Below are positions 26,395 to 37,960 of a stretch of DNA of 64,000 bases, piece after piece. Source of the stretch: Planctomycetaceae bacterium (GTDB lineage Bacteria; Planctomycetota; Planctomycetia; Pirellulales; Pirellulaceae). The stretch spans positions 17,638 through 81,637 of the forward strand of contig PBOG01000271.1 of the NCBI GenBank assembly GCA_002724245.1, read 5' to 3'. A model generated the notes under the pieces. That model was not told the origin of the DNA, made no database searches, and saw only the letters and a program-made list of their open reading frames with translations. Each line of letters begins with the position of its first letter. Within the stretch, counting starts at the first letter, position 1. Position numbers and translations under genes: made by a program.

Positions 26395-28005
26395 ATGAGC
26401 ACTTTAAGTCGCACACGCCCGTCTGTCGGCGGACTGAACGGTGCAGTGGCCTCCGCGCACCCGCTCGCCAGCCAGGCGGGACTGGAGACCTTGCGTACTG
26501 GTGGAAACGCGATCGACGCCATTGTTGCGACGGCAGCCACATTAAATGTCGTAGAACCCTACATGAGTGGCATCGGTGGTGTTGGCTTCCTGCTCTTTCA
26601 CCCGGCAGGTGGGGATACACGCGTCCTCAACTTTTCCGGCTACGCACCGCGGGCAGCCACCGCCGATCAATTGACTCCAGAAGACCAGGACATCGGTCCC
26701 AAGGCCTGTCTTGTGCCGTGCAATCTGGGAGGCTGGCTGGAAGCGCTCCAGGCACACGGCACGCAGCCCGCTGACCAGGTGTTTTCCCGTGCCATCGAAC
26801 TCGCCGAGCGTGGGTTTCCGCTGCATCCGGTCAACGCGCGGATGATCGAAGCAACCTTACCGCGTTTGAACGAGGCGGGACGCGCCATTTACGGACAGGT
26901 AGAACCACGTATCGGCAGTGTGCTCCGTCAGCCCGCTTTGGCGGAGACATTGCGCAATCTTGCCGCGCACGGTGCCGAGTGGTTACATGGGGGACCTCTT
27001 GGCCAGAAGATGGCGGACTACATACAGTCGGAAGGGGGCCTGCTGACAATCGAGGACCTGCAAGACCCAAAACTCGAGTGGCAAGAACCAATCTCCATTT
27101 CTTATCGCAATCTGGAGATCAAGACCTGTCCGCCCAATTGCGAAGGATTCCAGATCCTGCAAACCCTGAAGTTACTGGAACCATATGACCTGCAGACAAT
27201 GGGTCACAACTCGGCCGCGTACATTCACCTGTTAAGTGAAACGATCAAACTCGCGACGGCCGATCGGATCAAGTGGTCAGGAGATCCCAGGTTCCATCCA
27301 CTTCCACTGGAAGAGTTGCTTTCTGAATCCTATTTGGCGGAACGCCGCGACCAAATTGACTCACAACGCGCATCCCACAGCGAAGGAGAACGCTGGCAAG
27401 GAAAACGTACAGACGCGCACGTCTCCCCAGGCAAAGTCGACGGCCTGACCACACATCTGACTGCGGTCGATGCAGCGGGAAATGCGGCCAGCATCACGCA
27501 ATCGCTGGGCAATGGGTTCGGTTCCGGAGTCTTTATTCCTGATACCGGAGTAGCCATGAACAACTTCGCGTATTGGACCGAAATCGATCCTGACTGCCCG
27601 ACGCCAGGACTCATCGGACCCGGCAAACGATGGTCATGTTGCATGTCCCCGGTACATGTCTTTCGAGACGGACAATTCTGGTTCTCAATGGCCACGCCGG
27701 GAAGTTATGGCATCCTGCAAACAACCGTTCAAATGATCCTCAATGTCGTCGAATTCGCGGCGGACCCGCAAGCGGCAATTGAGGCCCCGCGTTTCCGGGT
27801 TTATGAAGAAACACGAATGGAAATCGAAGACCGCGTTTCAGAGCGCGTGCGCAATGAGCTAACGCAGTGGGGTCACTCGTTGGAACTGATCGGCGACTAC
27901 TCACTGCTGGTTGGTGGTGGCCAGTCAGTGATGATCGATCCGGTATCCAAGGCCCGCGTGGCCGGCGCCGATCCACGACGCGATGGCTACGCTGTCGCCT
28001 ATTGA
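26395..28005 (+). CDS. ggt: Gamma-glutamyltransferase family protein
   Basis: The ORF starts at 26356, but ATG 26395 is the likely start. It has GAVASAHPLASQAG near the N-terminus, an autoprocessing/catalytic Thr context (GLTTHLTAVDAAGNAAS), and a typical C-terminal GADPRRDG. Confidence 0.9.
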   Translation: MSTLSRTRPSVGGLNGAVASAHPLASQAGLETLRTGGNAIDAIVATAATLNVVEPYMSGIGGVGFLLFHPAGGDTRVLNFSGYAPRAATADQLTPEDQDIGPKACLVPCNLGGWLEALQAHGTQPADQVFSRAIELAERGFPLHPVNARMIEATLPRLNEAGRAIYGQVEPRIGSVLRQPALAETLRNLAAHGAEWLHGGPLGQKMADYIQSEGGLLTIEDLQDPKLEWQEPISISYRNLEIKTCPPNCEGFQILQTLKLLEPYDLQTMGHNSAAYIHLLSETIKLATADRIKWSGDPRFHPLPLEELLSESYLAERRDQIDSQRASHSEGERWQGKRTDAHVSPGKVDGLTTHLTAVDAAGNAASITQSLGNGFGSGVFIPDTGVAMNNFAYWTEIDPDCPTPGLIGPGKRWSCCMSPVHVFRDGQFWFSMATPGSYGILQTTVQMILNVVEFAADPQAAIEAPRFRVYEETRMEIEDRVSERVRNELTQWGHSLELIGDYSLLVGGGQSVMIDPVSKARVAGADPRRDGYAVAY

Positions 28006-28097
28006 CGGTAGCATTGCGCAACTCTGTTCTCACAGAGGGCACCACGTTCCCACACAGTGCACCACGACCGCCATCGCGTTGAACCGCTTACTGCAAC

Positions 28098-29141
28098 TCA
28101 AGTTCGCAAATGTCGATCAAACCAGTCGCGTGTTCGCTTCCACATTTCATCGGATAGTACGTGACCACTACCCGCTTCAATGTAGTGGGAAAAATGCGCT
28201 GGTGAGCCGGCATCCGCATAGTGCGCCGCAATCGTTTTCACTCCAGCGCGAACTTCATCAATCGGACTGCCGGTGTCCAGTTCACCAAAATTCATCAACA
28301 GCGGCCTGGGGGCAATCAAACCGGCGATGTCCGGCGTATCGCCAAATGGATAGATCCCAGGGACAAAATTAGGAAAACAGTGCAGCAGATGTTCTTCATG
28401 AATGCCCTTATAAGTAGGAAGACAACAGTTTCCTACCAGGCACTGAAGACGCGGTTCCCAGGGGCCCACCAGCCAGGTGTGCGTTGACCCCATAGAGTGA
28501 CCGTAACAACCGATCCGTTCTGCCTGTACTTCCGGTCGCTCTGCAAGAAGATCAACAGCTCTGCGCATGTCGAGAATGTTCTTCCAGGCCATGCACTTGC
28601 CAGCGACCACGTAACGTAGAAATTCATAGCGTTCAAATCGGCCAGCCGTCAACTTCTTTGTGGGATCCTGCCGCTCTTCAAAACAGAGCGCGTCAGGACA
28701 GAGCACCACATATCCGCAGCGTGCAAGGGCAGCGCCCGTGTGATGCATCGGATTGCCTGCTAATCCGGCTGGTTCACTTTTGCCCAGATGATACTGTCCG
28801 GCGTGCTGATGCCAGACCGCAACCGCCGGCGCCGGATCCGCAGCGGATACACCATCAGGTATCAGTAGCAGTGCGGGAACGCGATCGCCAGGCTCAACTT
28901 CGTAGTCAAGCGATTCGATGCGAAACCCCTGATGTTTCTGATGCTCTCGGAGTCTTACACTGAGATCACAGGGGTCCGGCCACTGCCCGCCCAAACAATG
29001 CAGCAGTTTCTGACGGAATGATTTCATCGTTACCTTTTCCGGCGAATCACCTTGCGGTGCAGCGACAAGTTGATTCGATGCGAGTGCTGCAGACGCTACG
29101 ACTGCAGACTCTTGAAAAAATACTCGTCGATTCTGAGGCAT
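28098..29141 (-). CDS. Alpha/beta hydrolase (dienelactone hydrolase/esterase-like) with a Tat-like leader
   Basis: The ORF runs to 29213, but ATG 29141 gives MPQNRRVFFQESAVVASAALA. The nucleophile elbow is GHSMGS. Confidence 0.7.
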   Translation of the reverse strand: MPQNRRVFFQESAVVASAALASNQLVAAPQGDSPEKVTMKSFRQKLLHCLGGQWPDPCDLSVRLREHQKHQGFRIESLDYEVEPGDRVPALLLIPDGVSAADPAPAVAVWHQHAGQYHLGKSEPAGLAGNPMHHTGAALARCGYVVLCPDALCFEERQDPTKKLTAGRFERYEFLRYVVAGKCMAWKNILDMRRAVDLLAERPEVQAERIGCYGHSMGSTHTWLVGPWEPRLQCLVGNCCLPTYKGIHEEHLLHCFPNFVPGIYPFGDTPDIAGLIAPRPLLMNFGELDTGSPIDEVRAGVKTIAAHYADAGSPAHFSHYIEAGSGHVLSDEMWKRTRDWFDRHLRT

Positions 29142-29499
29142 AACGGACTCCCGGATAACAAAACACAATGGCCATCTCCGGCAACTTGCAACCAGAACCC
29201 TGTTGCCGGACACTTACCCAGCGGATGAAGGCACAGCTGGAAACGGTCATCAAACGTTGGACAAATGTTCCCACCGGCGCAGAGACAACATACCATGTGC
29301 CGCGCCGACCTGCCGCATCACACGGCGAAAACCTTTTGTCTTGTTACCATACTCACTTCGCCAGTACCCGACACACTTGCAGTTCCGCGCACCAGGACAG
29401 CGCCGCATCGGCCAGTCGTTGCGGGCACGAAGACCCTCACCAACGCCCCTGGTTAGCCCCGTTTCGTTCGCCTTGATTTTGCAGGAGGAATTCACCGTT

Positions 29500-30225
29500 A
29501 TGAAACTTCAAGGAAAAACCGCGATCGTCACTGGAGCCAGTCGAGGAATCGGCTGGGAAGTGGCGTTGGCTTATGCGCGCGAGGGCGCTGATGTGGTAGT
29601 TTCTGCACGCTCAGAAGAATCGCTGCGAGAACTGGTTGAGCGGATTGCCGAACTGCGACAGCGCGCCATCGCAGTCACCGCTGATGTGGGAGATGCAACG
29701 GCTGTAGAAAAGCTCGTGAATACCACCTTGGAGGAATTCGGGAAGGTCGACATCCTGTGCAACAATGCCGGATTGTTGGAAATTGGTGAGGTCGATCAGC
29801 TCGCAGTCGCGGCCTGGGACCGTGTCATGCGCGTCAACGCACGCGGGCCTTTTCTCTGTTCCCAAGCCGTCTTGCCAATCATGAAGTCGCAAAACTACGG
29901 ACGCATTGTCAACATGTCCTCAGGCGCAGCGATTCGTTGTGCAGCAGGCTATGCGGCCTATAGCGCCTCGAAAGCTGCACTCAACGCTTTAAGCCTGACC
30001 ACCGCGATCGAGGTTGCAGACTATGAAATCCTCGTCAACGCAATGAGTCCAGGCTACCTGAAAACCGCAATGAACCCCGACGGCACTCGGCCGCCAACGG
30101 ACGCAGTACCAACCGCCGTCATGTTAGCATCGCTTCCCAGCGATGGGCCTCGTGGACGCTTCTTTCGATTTGAAGAGGAAATGATCGTGATCCCGGAATC
30201 ACCACAGATCGACTGGACAAAATAA
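29500..30225 (+). CDS. Short-chain dehydrogenase/reductase
   Basis: The ORF starts at 29203, but ATG 29500 is preceded by aggagg and gives MKLQGKTAIVTGASRGIG. It has NNAG and YSASKAA motifs. Confidence 0.9.
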   Translation: MKLQGKTAIVTGASRGIGWEVALAYAREGADVVVSARSEESLRELVERIAELRQRAIAVTADVGDATAVEKLVNTTLEEFGKVDILCNNAGLLEIGEVDQLAVAAWDRVMRVNARGPFLCSQAVLPIMKSQNYGRIVNMSSGAAIRCAAGYAAYSASKAALNALSLTTAIEVADYEILVNAMSPGYLKTAMNPDGTRPPTDAVPTAVMLASLPSDGPRGRFFRFEEEMIVIPESPQIDWTK

Positions 30226-30376
30226 CGGGGGCCCCATTCTCCGCAACGCCATCAACAACGGCTCGACAACAAAACGCGTCCAAACGTTTGCTCATCAACT
30301 CTGAGTAGGCTCGTCATGCGCCCGCATCAAAACACTCCGTGTCAGGGAACGCGAAAACAACCGGTCAATCCGCCCA

Positions 30377-31768
30377 TTATGCCAACAACGGCGATAGCAC
30401 ATTCCCACTGACATCGGTAAGACGAAACTGCCGCCCCTGGTACTTATAGGTCAGCTGTTCATGATCCACACCCAATAAATGCAAAATCGTTGCGTGCCAG
30501 TCATGCACATCGACGGGGTTGTCTGCAGGAAAATAACCCAAGGGGTCGGTTTCACCGAATGTTACTCCTCCCTTGATACCGCCACCTGCCATCCAGACAC
30601 TATAAGCCTCCTTGTGGTGGTCTCTCCCCGGTCTGCTCCGATCGCTCTGCAATAAAGGCGTGCGGCCGAATTCAGTACCCCACACAACCAATGTCTCGTC
30701 TAACAAACCGCGTTGCTTGAGATCCTGAATAAGTGCAGCAATCGGCTGATCGACCTGTTTACACTTTTTTGGCAGACTCTCAAAAACGCTGCCGTGATGA
30801 TCCCAGCCCTGGTCACAAAGCTGTACAAAGCGCACCCCGCGTTCCACCAGCCTCCGGGCCAGAAGGCAATTGTTTGCAAAGCTCACCTGACCTGGACGGG
30901 TGCCATACATTGCCTGGATGTGTTCTGGTTCGCGGGAAATATCCATCAACTCGGGTACGGAAGACTGCATTCGATAAGCCAATTCATACTGGCGTATCCG
31001 CGTCTCAATTTCCGGATCACCCAATTCTTCCAGTTGGATTGCATTCAGCCGGTTAATGCTCTCGACAACCTGGTGGCGATCGCTGCGTGAGACACCTGCA
31101 GGATTCGACAAGAATAGCACTGGGTCTCCCTGGCTACGGAATTCGATACCCTGATGGAGCGTTGGCAAGAAACCACTTCCCCACATACTGTTTCCAGCAC
31201 CTCCTACCAGGCCCGTGATCAAGACGACGAAACCTGGCAGATCCCGATTTTCGCTACCCAATCCGTAATTTACCCACGACCCCATCGTCGGTCTGCCAAA
31301 ACGCCCAAACCCGGTATGCAAGAACAACTGTGCGGGCGCGTGATTGAAATGCTCAGTCCGCATGGTCTTGATGACTGCTATTTCATCGGCAACCGCTGAC
31401 AAGTGCGGCAGTAGCTCTGACATTTCCAGACCAGATTCACCATGTCGATGAAACCTGTAGCGGGTACCTAACAACCGAGGGTGACCTCGCAAAAATGCAA
31501 AACGTGCTCCTTCCAACAAGGATGGGGGACACAGCTGCCCATTGAGCTGCTGCAATTGACGTTTGTAATCAAACAGATCCAAGTGCGACGGGGCCCCGAC
31601 CATGTGCAAAAAAATCACGCGTTTGGCGCGCGGCGCGTGGTGCAGGAGCTGTGATTGCGCAGTCTCCGCTAACAAAGAGGCCAGAGCAACACTACCGATA
31701 CCGGCACTCGTATGACGCAGAAACGCACGTCGCGCTAAGTTGTTCTGGATCGTATGCATCGCATCCAT
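30377..31768 (-). CDS. DUF1501 (sulfatase-like) protein, Tat leader
   Basis: 463-aa ORF with a RRAFLRH leader and DUF1501-type motifs (GEFGRTP, GRDHH). It lies 3 nt downstream of the DUF1549/DUF1553 gene. Confidence 0.9.
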   Translation of the reverse strand: MDAMHTIQNNLARRAFLRHTSAGIGSVALASLLAETAQSQLLHHAPRAKRVIFLHMVGAPSHLDLFDYKRQLQQLNGQLCPPSLLEGARFAFLRGHPRLLGTRYRFHRHGESGLEMSELLPHLSAVADEIAVIKTMRTEHFNHAPAQLFLHTGFGRFGRPTMGSWVNYGLGSENRDLPGFVVLITGLVGGAGNSMWGSGFLPTLHQGIEFRSQGDPVLFLSNPAGVSRSDRHQVVESINRLNAIQLEELGDPEIETRIRQYELAYRMQSSVPELMDISREPEHIQAMYGTRPGQVSFANNCLLARRLVERGVRFVQLCDQGWDHHGSVFESLPKKCKQVDQPIAALIQDLKQRGLLDETLVVWGTEFGRTPLLQSDRSRPGRDHHKEAYSVWMAGGGIKGGVTFGETDPLGYFPADNPVDVHDWHATILHLLGVDHEQLTYKYQGRQFRLTDVSGNVLSPLLA

Positions 31769-31771
31769 CCG

Positions 31772-34700
31772 CTAACCCTTAGTTATCAGCTCATCCAGGT
31801 TCAACAAGACATTCGCGACGTAAAACCAGCCAGCCAGTTCAGCCGCAGCTGCCGGACTCAGGTCTCGACTACCGAGCAAGTCGCGTGCACGACCTGGTTC
31901 CGTTATGAAACGCTGTCGCTGCGTTTGAAACAACTCCACCAAATAAGCGACCTCCCGTGGCTCTGGCAGTCGCGTCAAACACAGGCGAAACCCATATTCT
32001 AATTGCTTCTCCAATGAAACCGAGGCAGCCTCACGGACGATCCGTTTGGCGAGTGCTAAAGCGATCTCAGCATAGGCCGGATCATTAAGCAAGGTCAGCG
32101 CCTGCAGCGGCGTATTGGTCACACTGCGACGCACTGTACAGGATGTTCGATCCGGCGCATCAAAACTCGTAAAACTGGGATAGGGTGCACTTCGGCGCCA
32201 CACCACATACACGCCGCGCCGAAATCGATCCGCACCGCGTGACGTGTTGTACTTGGGTGCATTGCGTCCCACATGACGCCAAATGCCATCAGGCTGAAGT
32301 GGATAGACCGCCGGACCACCCATATTGTTCGCTAATAGCCCCGCAATGGATAACGCCTGGTCACGAATCAGCTCTGCCGGCAAACGAAAACGCGGGGCGC
32401 GGGCCAGCCAGACATTCCTCGGGTCACGCTGCAATAGTTCCACAGACACACGCGATTGCTGACGGTAAGTCGCCGATGTCACAATCCGTCGGTGGATCCG
32501 CTTGGCCGACCATCCACCAAGTACAAATTCCCGGGCCAATAAATCAAGCAACTCAGGATGGGTCGGAGCCTCACCCTGGCTGCCAAAGTCCTCACTGGTT
32601 TCTACCAATCCACGTCCAAAAATCTCGGCCCACCAGCGATTGACCGTCACCCGTGCAGTCAAAGGGTTTTCTGGACTGGCTAACCAGCGGGCCAGCCCAA
32701 GTCGATTGGCAGGCAACCCTGATCCCATCGGATGCAACGCGCGGGGAGTTCCCGCAGTCACTTCAGCACCGGGATCTAGGAAATTACCGCGTCGCAGGAT
32801 GTGCGTACGGCGCGGAGTTTCCTGTTCAACCATGACCAGCGTCGAATCCGCTTGAATCTTGTCGAGTTGCTGCTGGATTGAACTGCGGCGCTGCTTGAGC
32901 TTCGTCAGCATCGCATCTTCGGACAAGTAATATTGTTCGAGCTGCTCTTGCTGCATCTTCGTTCGCGTCTGGCGATCACCCGACAGAACCGTGATGATCT
33001 CTGCGGGCAAGTGGAGTGTTGCCGGATCCCCGGTCATCGCGGACAACTGAAAACGACCTATCGTACGACTGGCACCGTGGTGCTGATCCATCACAAACGT
33101 CAACAAAGTACCTTGCGTATTACCAACAACCTCTCGAGTCAAAAACGTCGCGCGGTGCGACTTTCCGAATTGCGGGGCAATCGCCCATCCCGTTTTCGGA
33201 TTGCCATCGATCGCGCCAGCTACTGGGAAGTTAGCCTGTGAAAAATCGGCCTGGGCAGAATGAAGTACAACTGACTGCGCGGTGGCCTGGTCACGACAGG
33301 CTGCTGCGGAAATCGTGAATTCATGCAGCACAAAATTGGGGCGTTCTGGGTGGTGGCGACCCGGACCCTTTCCTGGCAGTGACGCGTCGGTCAATGCGGC
33401 CAGACGAAATCCCCGAATTCCTGTCAGCTCGGTCCGCACCGTGACTGTGTAAACATCCACCGGCGGCCGAGTACCGCCAACTAATACCGAGCCATCCGCG
33501 AGCAGCGTGTGGGAAGCCCCACCTTGTGAGGTGAACGACTCGACGTGCAACGGATGAAATTGAGGACGCATCGCCAGTCGTTTGATTTGCCGCGTCTCCC
33601 AGGATTGGATGTCCGCCAGCAACTCACGGCGGCGAATCTTGATGCGTTGTTGCGATTGTTCAAGCTGATCCTGATAGTTGGAGCGACGAGCCGCATTCTG
33701 GCTACTCAATGGCAAGGATAATTTAGGACCGACAAAATCAAATTGGATTCCGTCTCCCTTGACCTCCAAAGGCGTGTTATTGAAATACGCAAAGAGCTGA
33801 TAGTACTCGCGCTGTGAAAACGGATCGTATTTGTGGTCATGACATTGGCTACACGCGATCGTACTTCCCAACCATACCGTTGCAGTGGTGTTGACTCGAT
33901 CGATGATCTGATTGACTCGATTTTCTTCCGGGTCGACACCCGCTTCTACATTACACGTCGTCAAGCGATGAAAACCCGTCGCCAATTGCTGCTCTATAGT
34001 CGGAGCTGGCAACAAATCACCTGCAATCTGCTCGACCGTGAATTGATCAAACGGCATATCTGCATTCAACGCATCGATCACCCAATCGCGATAGGGCCAG
34101 ACGCTACGAAACTGATCGGCCTGATACCCGTTGCTGTCGGCATAACGAGCCAGGTCAAGCCAGGACCGGGCCCACTTCTCTCCATAGCGAGGTGAAGCCA
34201 AAAGGCGGTCGACAACACGCTCAAAGGCATCCGGCTGCCACGACAAACGGAACGCGTCTGTCTCTGCAATCGAAGGAGGCAACCCCGTCAGATCCAAGAA
34301 CACGCGCCGCAGCACGCGCGCAGGCATTGCAGCGGGTGCCGCGACCAATCGTTCTGTATCCAAGCGGTGTCGTATCCAGGAGTCCAGCGGGGACCGCGCA
34401 TCACCTTGAGTGCCCCCTGCAGGAAGCGGGGCCTGAACGGGTGCAACGTAAGCCCAATGTGGTTGCGTTTCCAGCGGAGCAGTCAACGCCACAGTGCTGA
34501 CCGCACCCTGGTCAATCCACCGTCCAATGAGGGTGATTTGATCCGCCGAGAGTGGGCTCTCGTCAAAAGGCATTCGCGTTGCGTGATCATCACTCACCAG
34601 CCGGCCAAACAATGCGCTGAGATCTGATCGGCCTGGCGTCAAGACTGCACCGGTAATTCCGCCGCGTAGTAGCCCCGGCCAGCTGTCCAGTCGCAATCTG

Positions 34701-34882
34701 CCGCGTTGTTCTTGAGGGCCGTGACACTTGACGCATCGCGCCTGCAAAACCGGCAAGACATCGCGGACGAACTCAGGTGGTTTATCGGCGTGGGCAGTCG
34801 TCACGTCGACACAACACGCCAAGACCAACAGAAAGATTACCCACGAGGGCGGAGCAAACGAGTGCGGAGCAAAACTGTGCAT
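31772..34882 (-). CDS. Planctomycete cytochrome-c domain / DUF1549 / DUF1553 (PSD1-type) protein
   Basis: The ORF runs to 34978. Candidate starts are 34978, 34954, 34933 and 34882; the last precedes a hydrophobic signal segment. It has a CVKCHG haem-binding motif, then DUF1549- and DUF1553-like regions (CAQCHDHKYDP-type CSQCHDHKYDP). Confidence 0.9.
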   Translation of the reverse strand: MHSFAPHSFAPPSWVIFLLVLACCVDVTTAHADKPPEFVRDVLPVLQARCVKCHGPQEQRGRLRLDSWPGLLRGGITGAVLTPGRSDLSALFGRLVSDDHATRMPFDESPLSADQITLIGRWIDQGAVSTVALTAPLETQPHWAYVAPVQAPLPAGGTQGDARSPLDSWIRHRLDTERLVAAPAAMPARVLRRVFLDLTGLPPSIAETDAFRLSWQPDAFERVVDRLLASPRYGEKWARSWLDLARYADSNGYQADQFRSVWPYRDWVIDALNADMPFDQFTVEQIAGDLLPAPTIEQQLATGFHRLTTCNVEAGVDPEENRVNQIIDRVNTTATVWLGSTIACSQCHDHKYDPFSQREYYQLFAYFNNTPLEVKGDGIQFDFVGPKLSLPLSSQNAARRSNYQDQLEQSQQRIKIRRRELLADIQSWETRQIKRLAMRPQFHPLHVESFTSQGGASHTLLADGSVLVGGTRPPVDVYTVTVRTELTGIRGFRLAALTDASLPGKGPGRHHPERPNFVLHEFTISAAACRDQATAQSVVLHSAQADFSQANFPVAGAIDGNPKTGWAIAPQFGKSHRATFLTREVVGNTQGTLLTFVMDQHHGASRTIGRFQLSAMTGDPATLHLPAEIITVLSGDRQTRTKMQQEQLEQYYLSEDAMLTKLKQRRSSIQQQLDKIQADSTLVMVEQETPRRTHILRRGNFLDPGAEVTAGTPRALHPMGSGLPANRLGLARWLASPENPLTARVTVNRWWAEIFGRGLVETSEDFGSQGEAPTHPELLDLLAREFVLGGWSAKRIHRRIVTSATYRQQSRVSVELLQRDPRNVWLARAPRFRLPAELIRDQALSIAGLLANNMGGPAVYPLQPDGIWRHVGRNAPKYNTSRGADRFRRGVYVVWRRSAPYPSFTSFDAPDRTSCTVRRSVTNTPLQALTLLNDPAYAEIALALAKRIVREAASVSLEKQLEYGFRLCLTRLPEPREVAYLVELFQTQRQRFITEPGRARDLLGSRDLSPAAAAELAGWFYVANVLLNLDELITKG

Positions 34883-34964
34883 CGGTTGAACATTTGACAC
34901 CGGACAACCACCGTGACCGGCAGGCCAGCGCATTCGCAGTTCAGCAACTTTCATCGGTCTTGCC

Positions 34965-36098
34965 TCAATCCCAAACAAGGTCTCCTGGCAAACGATTCAG
35001 GTTGATGCAACCGTCGTCCGTCACCACCACCATATCTTCAACCCGGATGCCTCCCAGATCACGACGATACAATCCTGGTTCAATTGTGAGCGCATCACCT
35101 GTCACGAGCTCCGGACCCTTATAGTCCAACAATGGCGGTTCATGCACATCCAGACCGATACCATGCCCACTTCCGTGTGTCATCGCACAGTAAGACTGGG
35201 CCGCCTCTTCGTCTGGCAATCCCATTGCGTAACCACGCTGTGTGATCACCGAGGCAATGGCGAGATGCACCGCTTCACCTGAAACACCCGCTCGAGTCGC
35301 AGCAACGCCTGCCTCCTTGGCAGCAACTACCGCCTGGTGCATCTCAACCAAGGTGTCGGAAATTTCTCCGTGTACAACTGTTCTCGTACAGTCACCGTAG
35401 TAATGCGTTGTTTTGTCGCGAGGAAAAATGTCAATGATGACCGGCTGGCCCGTGCGTAACACTCCAGATCCTCGATCATGACAGTCCGCTGCTGCTGGAC
35501 CGCCAGCAACAATCGATGGCGGGTTGGAGAACCCGTGATCCAATAGCCAGTGATCGATAGCAGCACGAACCCTTTCAGAAGTCAACGGTCGGTCGTCAAC
35601 CAGCAGTTGCCCGCCAGTACCCGCCGTTGCGCGAGCCACCATCTGGCAGGCCATTTGCATAGCCCCTTCGGTTACTTCCTGGGACTTACGAAGCCATTCA
35701 ACTTCCTGTTCATCCTTGGCGCGACGCGACAAAACGCCCCATTCGCTGTCACACTCCAACGCAATTCCCGCCTCCCGGATCGCCTCGGCATAGATCAGGG
35801 GCAAAGACCGGTCACCGACCACAGTGCGAACATCTGCCCGCCGCAAGAATTCGGCAGCCGCTTGTGCGGTTGCCGTTTCGCGGTCACCCGACAGGCCCCC
35901 AGCTGGCGCAAAGTCGGCAGGGCAGGCTATTGCATCTGCCCGGGCATGCTGACGAGCACGTTGCATCTCAATGTCACGGAGGATCAAGGTCGCGTGAAAA
36001 CCATCACCCGCCGGCAACTCAATCAGGACAGTCGGATCGCCGACCGAAAACCGCAACCGATGGAACAAAGCCGCATTGGTCTCGGGAATCCCCGCCAT
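34965..36098 (-). CDS. M24-family Xaa-Pro aminopeptidase/dipeptidase
   Basis: The ORF runs to 36290. The likely start is ATG 36098 (MAGIPETNAALFHRLRF), with 36131 as an alternative. It has the HGSGHGIGLDVHE metal-site motif. Confidence 0.85.
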   Translation of the reverse strand: MAGIPETNAALFHRLRFSVGDPTVLIELPAGDGFHATLILRDIEMQRARQHARADAIACPADFAPAGGLSGDRETATAQAAAEFLRRADVRTVVGDRSLPLIYAEAIREAGIALECDSEWGVLSRRAKDEQEVEWLRKSQEVTEGAMQMACQMVARATAGTGGQLLVDDRPLTSERVRAAIDHWLLDHGFSNPPSIVAGGPAAADCHDRGSGVLRTGQPVIIDIFPRDKTTHYYGDCTRTVVHGEISDTLVEMHQAVVAAKEAGVAATRAGVSGEAVHLAIASVITQRGYAMGLPDEEAAQSYCAMTHGSGHGIGLDVHEPPLLDYKGPELVTGDALTIEPGLYRRDLGGIRVEDMVVVTDDGCINLNRLPGDLVWD

Positions 36099-36542
36099 GA
36101 TTCTTCCCGATTGAACGTTTTCGCCGGCCATCCTGCAGGTTCCTCGTGCATGATCTGTGTTAGCTACCGCCCACGTCCGTCGACAGCCCCAAGCCCAGTA
36201 AGCCCCCAGCCCAGTATACGCACCCCGCGCATGGGCACCAGTTACAGGCGCCTGCGGGTCAACAGGAACAGTAACCAGCCGCTGGCACATTCAGAACACG
36301 GTACCGCGAAGTACCAGGAACAGCGTCCCATTCACGCAGCAAGAACGCCGTCCAGAGACCGTGCTAGCACCGCCTGTTCGTACCGTTTTAACCCGCAATG
36401 ACAGCCTAATCGTAAAACTTGAACAGATCGACCAGTTTTGATAGGATGATTGTGACCTGCGCTGGTCAATACGGTCGACATATATGATGATGTGTGTCGG
36501 TGCTTTTACAACATCAACTTCACTTTGCCGAGGTTCAAGCAT

Positions 36543-37931
36543 ATGCTCACCATTCTCGGAAAAACGGGTAGACGCAACGGTTTTTGTGACCGGGTGAGTC
36601 GTCGTGATTTCCTCACGATTGGCGGCGGGCTGACAATGGGTAGCCTCACCCTTCCGCAGCTATTGTCTGCGGAATCCAAAGCCGGAATCAAAAATTCGCA
36701 TAAAGCGATCATTAATATTTTCCTCGGTGGCGGCCCGCCACACCAGGATATGTGGGATGTGAAGGTCGATGCACCCCGCGAAATTCGCGGGGAGTTCAAG
36801 CCGATCCATACATCGGTAGAAGGTATCGAAATTTGCGAACTGTTCCCCATGATCGCGCAGTCAATGGAGAAATATGTCCCCATTCGCTCCATCGTCGGTG
36901 CCCGTGGAGGTCATGCGGCGGTTCAAGCCATGATTGGACGCGCTCCGAGCAATCCTCCGGCCGGTGGCTGGCCTTCGATGGGTGCCTGGGTCTCCAGGCT
37001 ACAAGGACCCGTCAACCACACCATTCCGCCTCATCTCAGCTTGATGTACAAGACCGACCACGCTCCCTGGGGTGATCCAGGTAACGGTGGTTTCCTCGGA
37101 ATGAAGCATGCACCCTTCCGGCTGGTAGGTGGTAAAGGTGCGAAACGTTCGGTGCAATCTCGCGAAAACATGGTGTTGAAAAACATCACCCTGGATCGCC
37201 TCAGCGATCGTAACGCGGTGTTGACGTCACTCGACAATTTCCGTCGTGAAACCGACGCCACGGGCGTCATGGAAGGTGTCGACTCGTTCACCCAGCAGGC
37301 GCTGGGGATTCTGACTGATTCAAAACTCGCCGAAGCGCTCGACTATACGAAAGAAGATCCCAAATTGATCGAGCGCTACGGTAAAGGAAATCCGGGTTTT
37401 ACGGCCGACGGCGCACCAAAGGTCACCGAGAATTTCCTGGTAGCGCGACGCCTGGTTGAAGCCGGTGCACGCGTGGTGTCGATGAACTTTAGCCGTTGGG
37501 ATTGGCATGGTGGCAACTTTAACCGCAGCCGTCAGGACATGCCGATGCTCGATCGGGCACTAACGGCTTTGGTGGATGACCTGGATGACCGCGGTATGCT
37601 GGATGATGTCGGCATCGTCTGTTGGGGTGAATTTGGACGGACCCCAAAGATCAACAAGAATGCGGGACGCGATCACTGGCCGCGAGTGTCCTGCGCCATC
37701 ATGGCAGGCGGTGGTATCCGTGCCGGCCAGGTGATCGGTGCGACAAATCGACTCGGTGAATACGCGACGGATCGGCCGGTCACCTTCTCAGAAGTCCACT
37801 CCACGCTGTACCACAATATCGGCCTGGATTGGGACTTCCTGGGAGTCTCGGCCAACCGCCAATTCGATCTGCGCGGGCGACCTTACTACCCGGTCGACCC
37901 GGAAGTCATGCCAATGAAAGAACTGGTGTAA
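36543..37931 (+). CDS. DUF1501 (sulfatase-like) protein, Tat leader
   Basis: The ORF starts at 36492, but ATG 36543 gives MLTILGKTGRRNGFCDRVSRRDFLTIGGG. It has GEFGRTP and GRDHW motifs. Confidence 0.9.
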   Translation: MLTILGKTGRRNGFCDRVSRRDFLTIGGGLTMGSLTLPQLLSAESKAGIKNSHKAIINIFLGGGPPHQDMWDVKVDAPREIRGEFKPIHTSVEGIEICELFPMIAQSMEKYVPIRSIVGARGGHAAVQAMIGRAPSNPPAGGWPSMGAWVSRLQGPVNHTIPPHLSLMYKTDHAPWGDPGNGGFLGMKHAPFRLVGGKGAKRSVQSRENMVLKNITLDRLSDRNAVLTSLDNFRRETDATGVMEGVDSFTQQALGILTDSKLAEALDYTKEDPKLIERYGKGNPGFTADGAPKVTENFLVARRLVEAGARVVSMNFSRWDWHGGNFNRSRQDMPMLDRALTALVDDLDDRGMLDDVGIVCWGEFGRTPKINKNAGRDHWPRVSCAIMAGGGIRAGQVIGATNRLGEYATDRPVTFSEVHSTLYHNIGLDWDFLGVSANRQFDLRGRPYYPVDPEVMPMKELV

Positions 37932-37960
37932 ACGTTAGACCAGCGCAACCCATACCCAAA

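Noticed and set aside
35550-36401. 283-aa plus-strand ORF
   Set aside because: It lies antisense to the M24 peptidase gene and has a low-complexity Arg/Ser/Pro composition.
36419-36447. Sigma-70-like hexamers TTGAAC-17 nt-TAGGAT about 95 nt upstream of the DUF1501 gene start (36543)
   Set aside because: The spacing is plausible, but planctomycete promoter consensus is poorly defined and similar matches arise by chance. I cannot support it without transcription start-site data.
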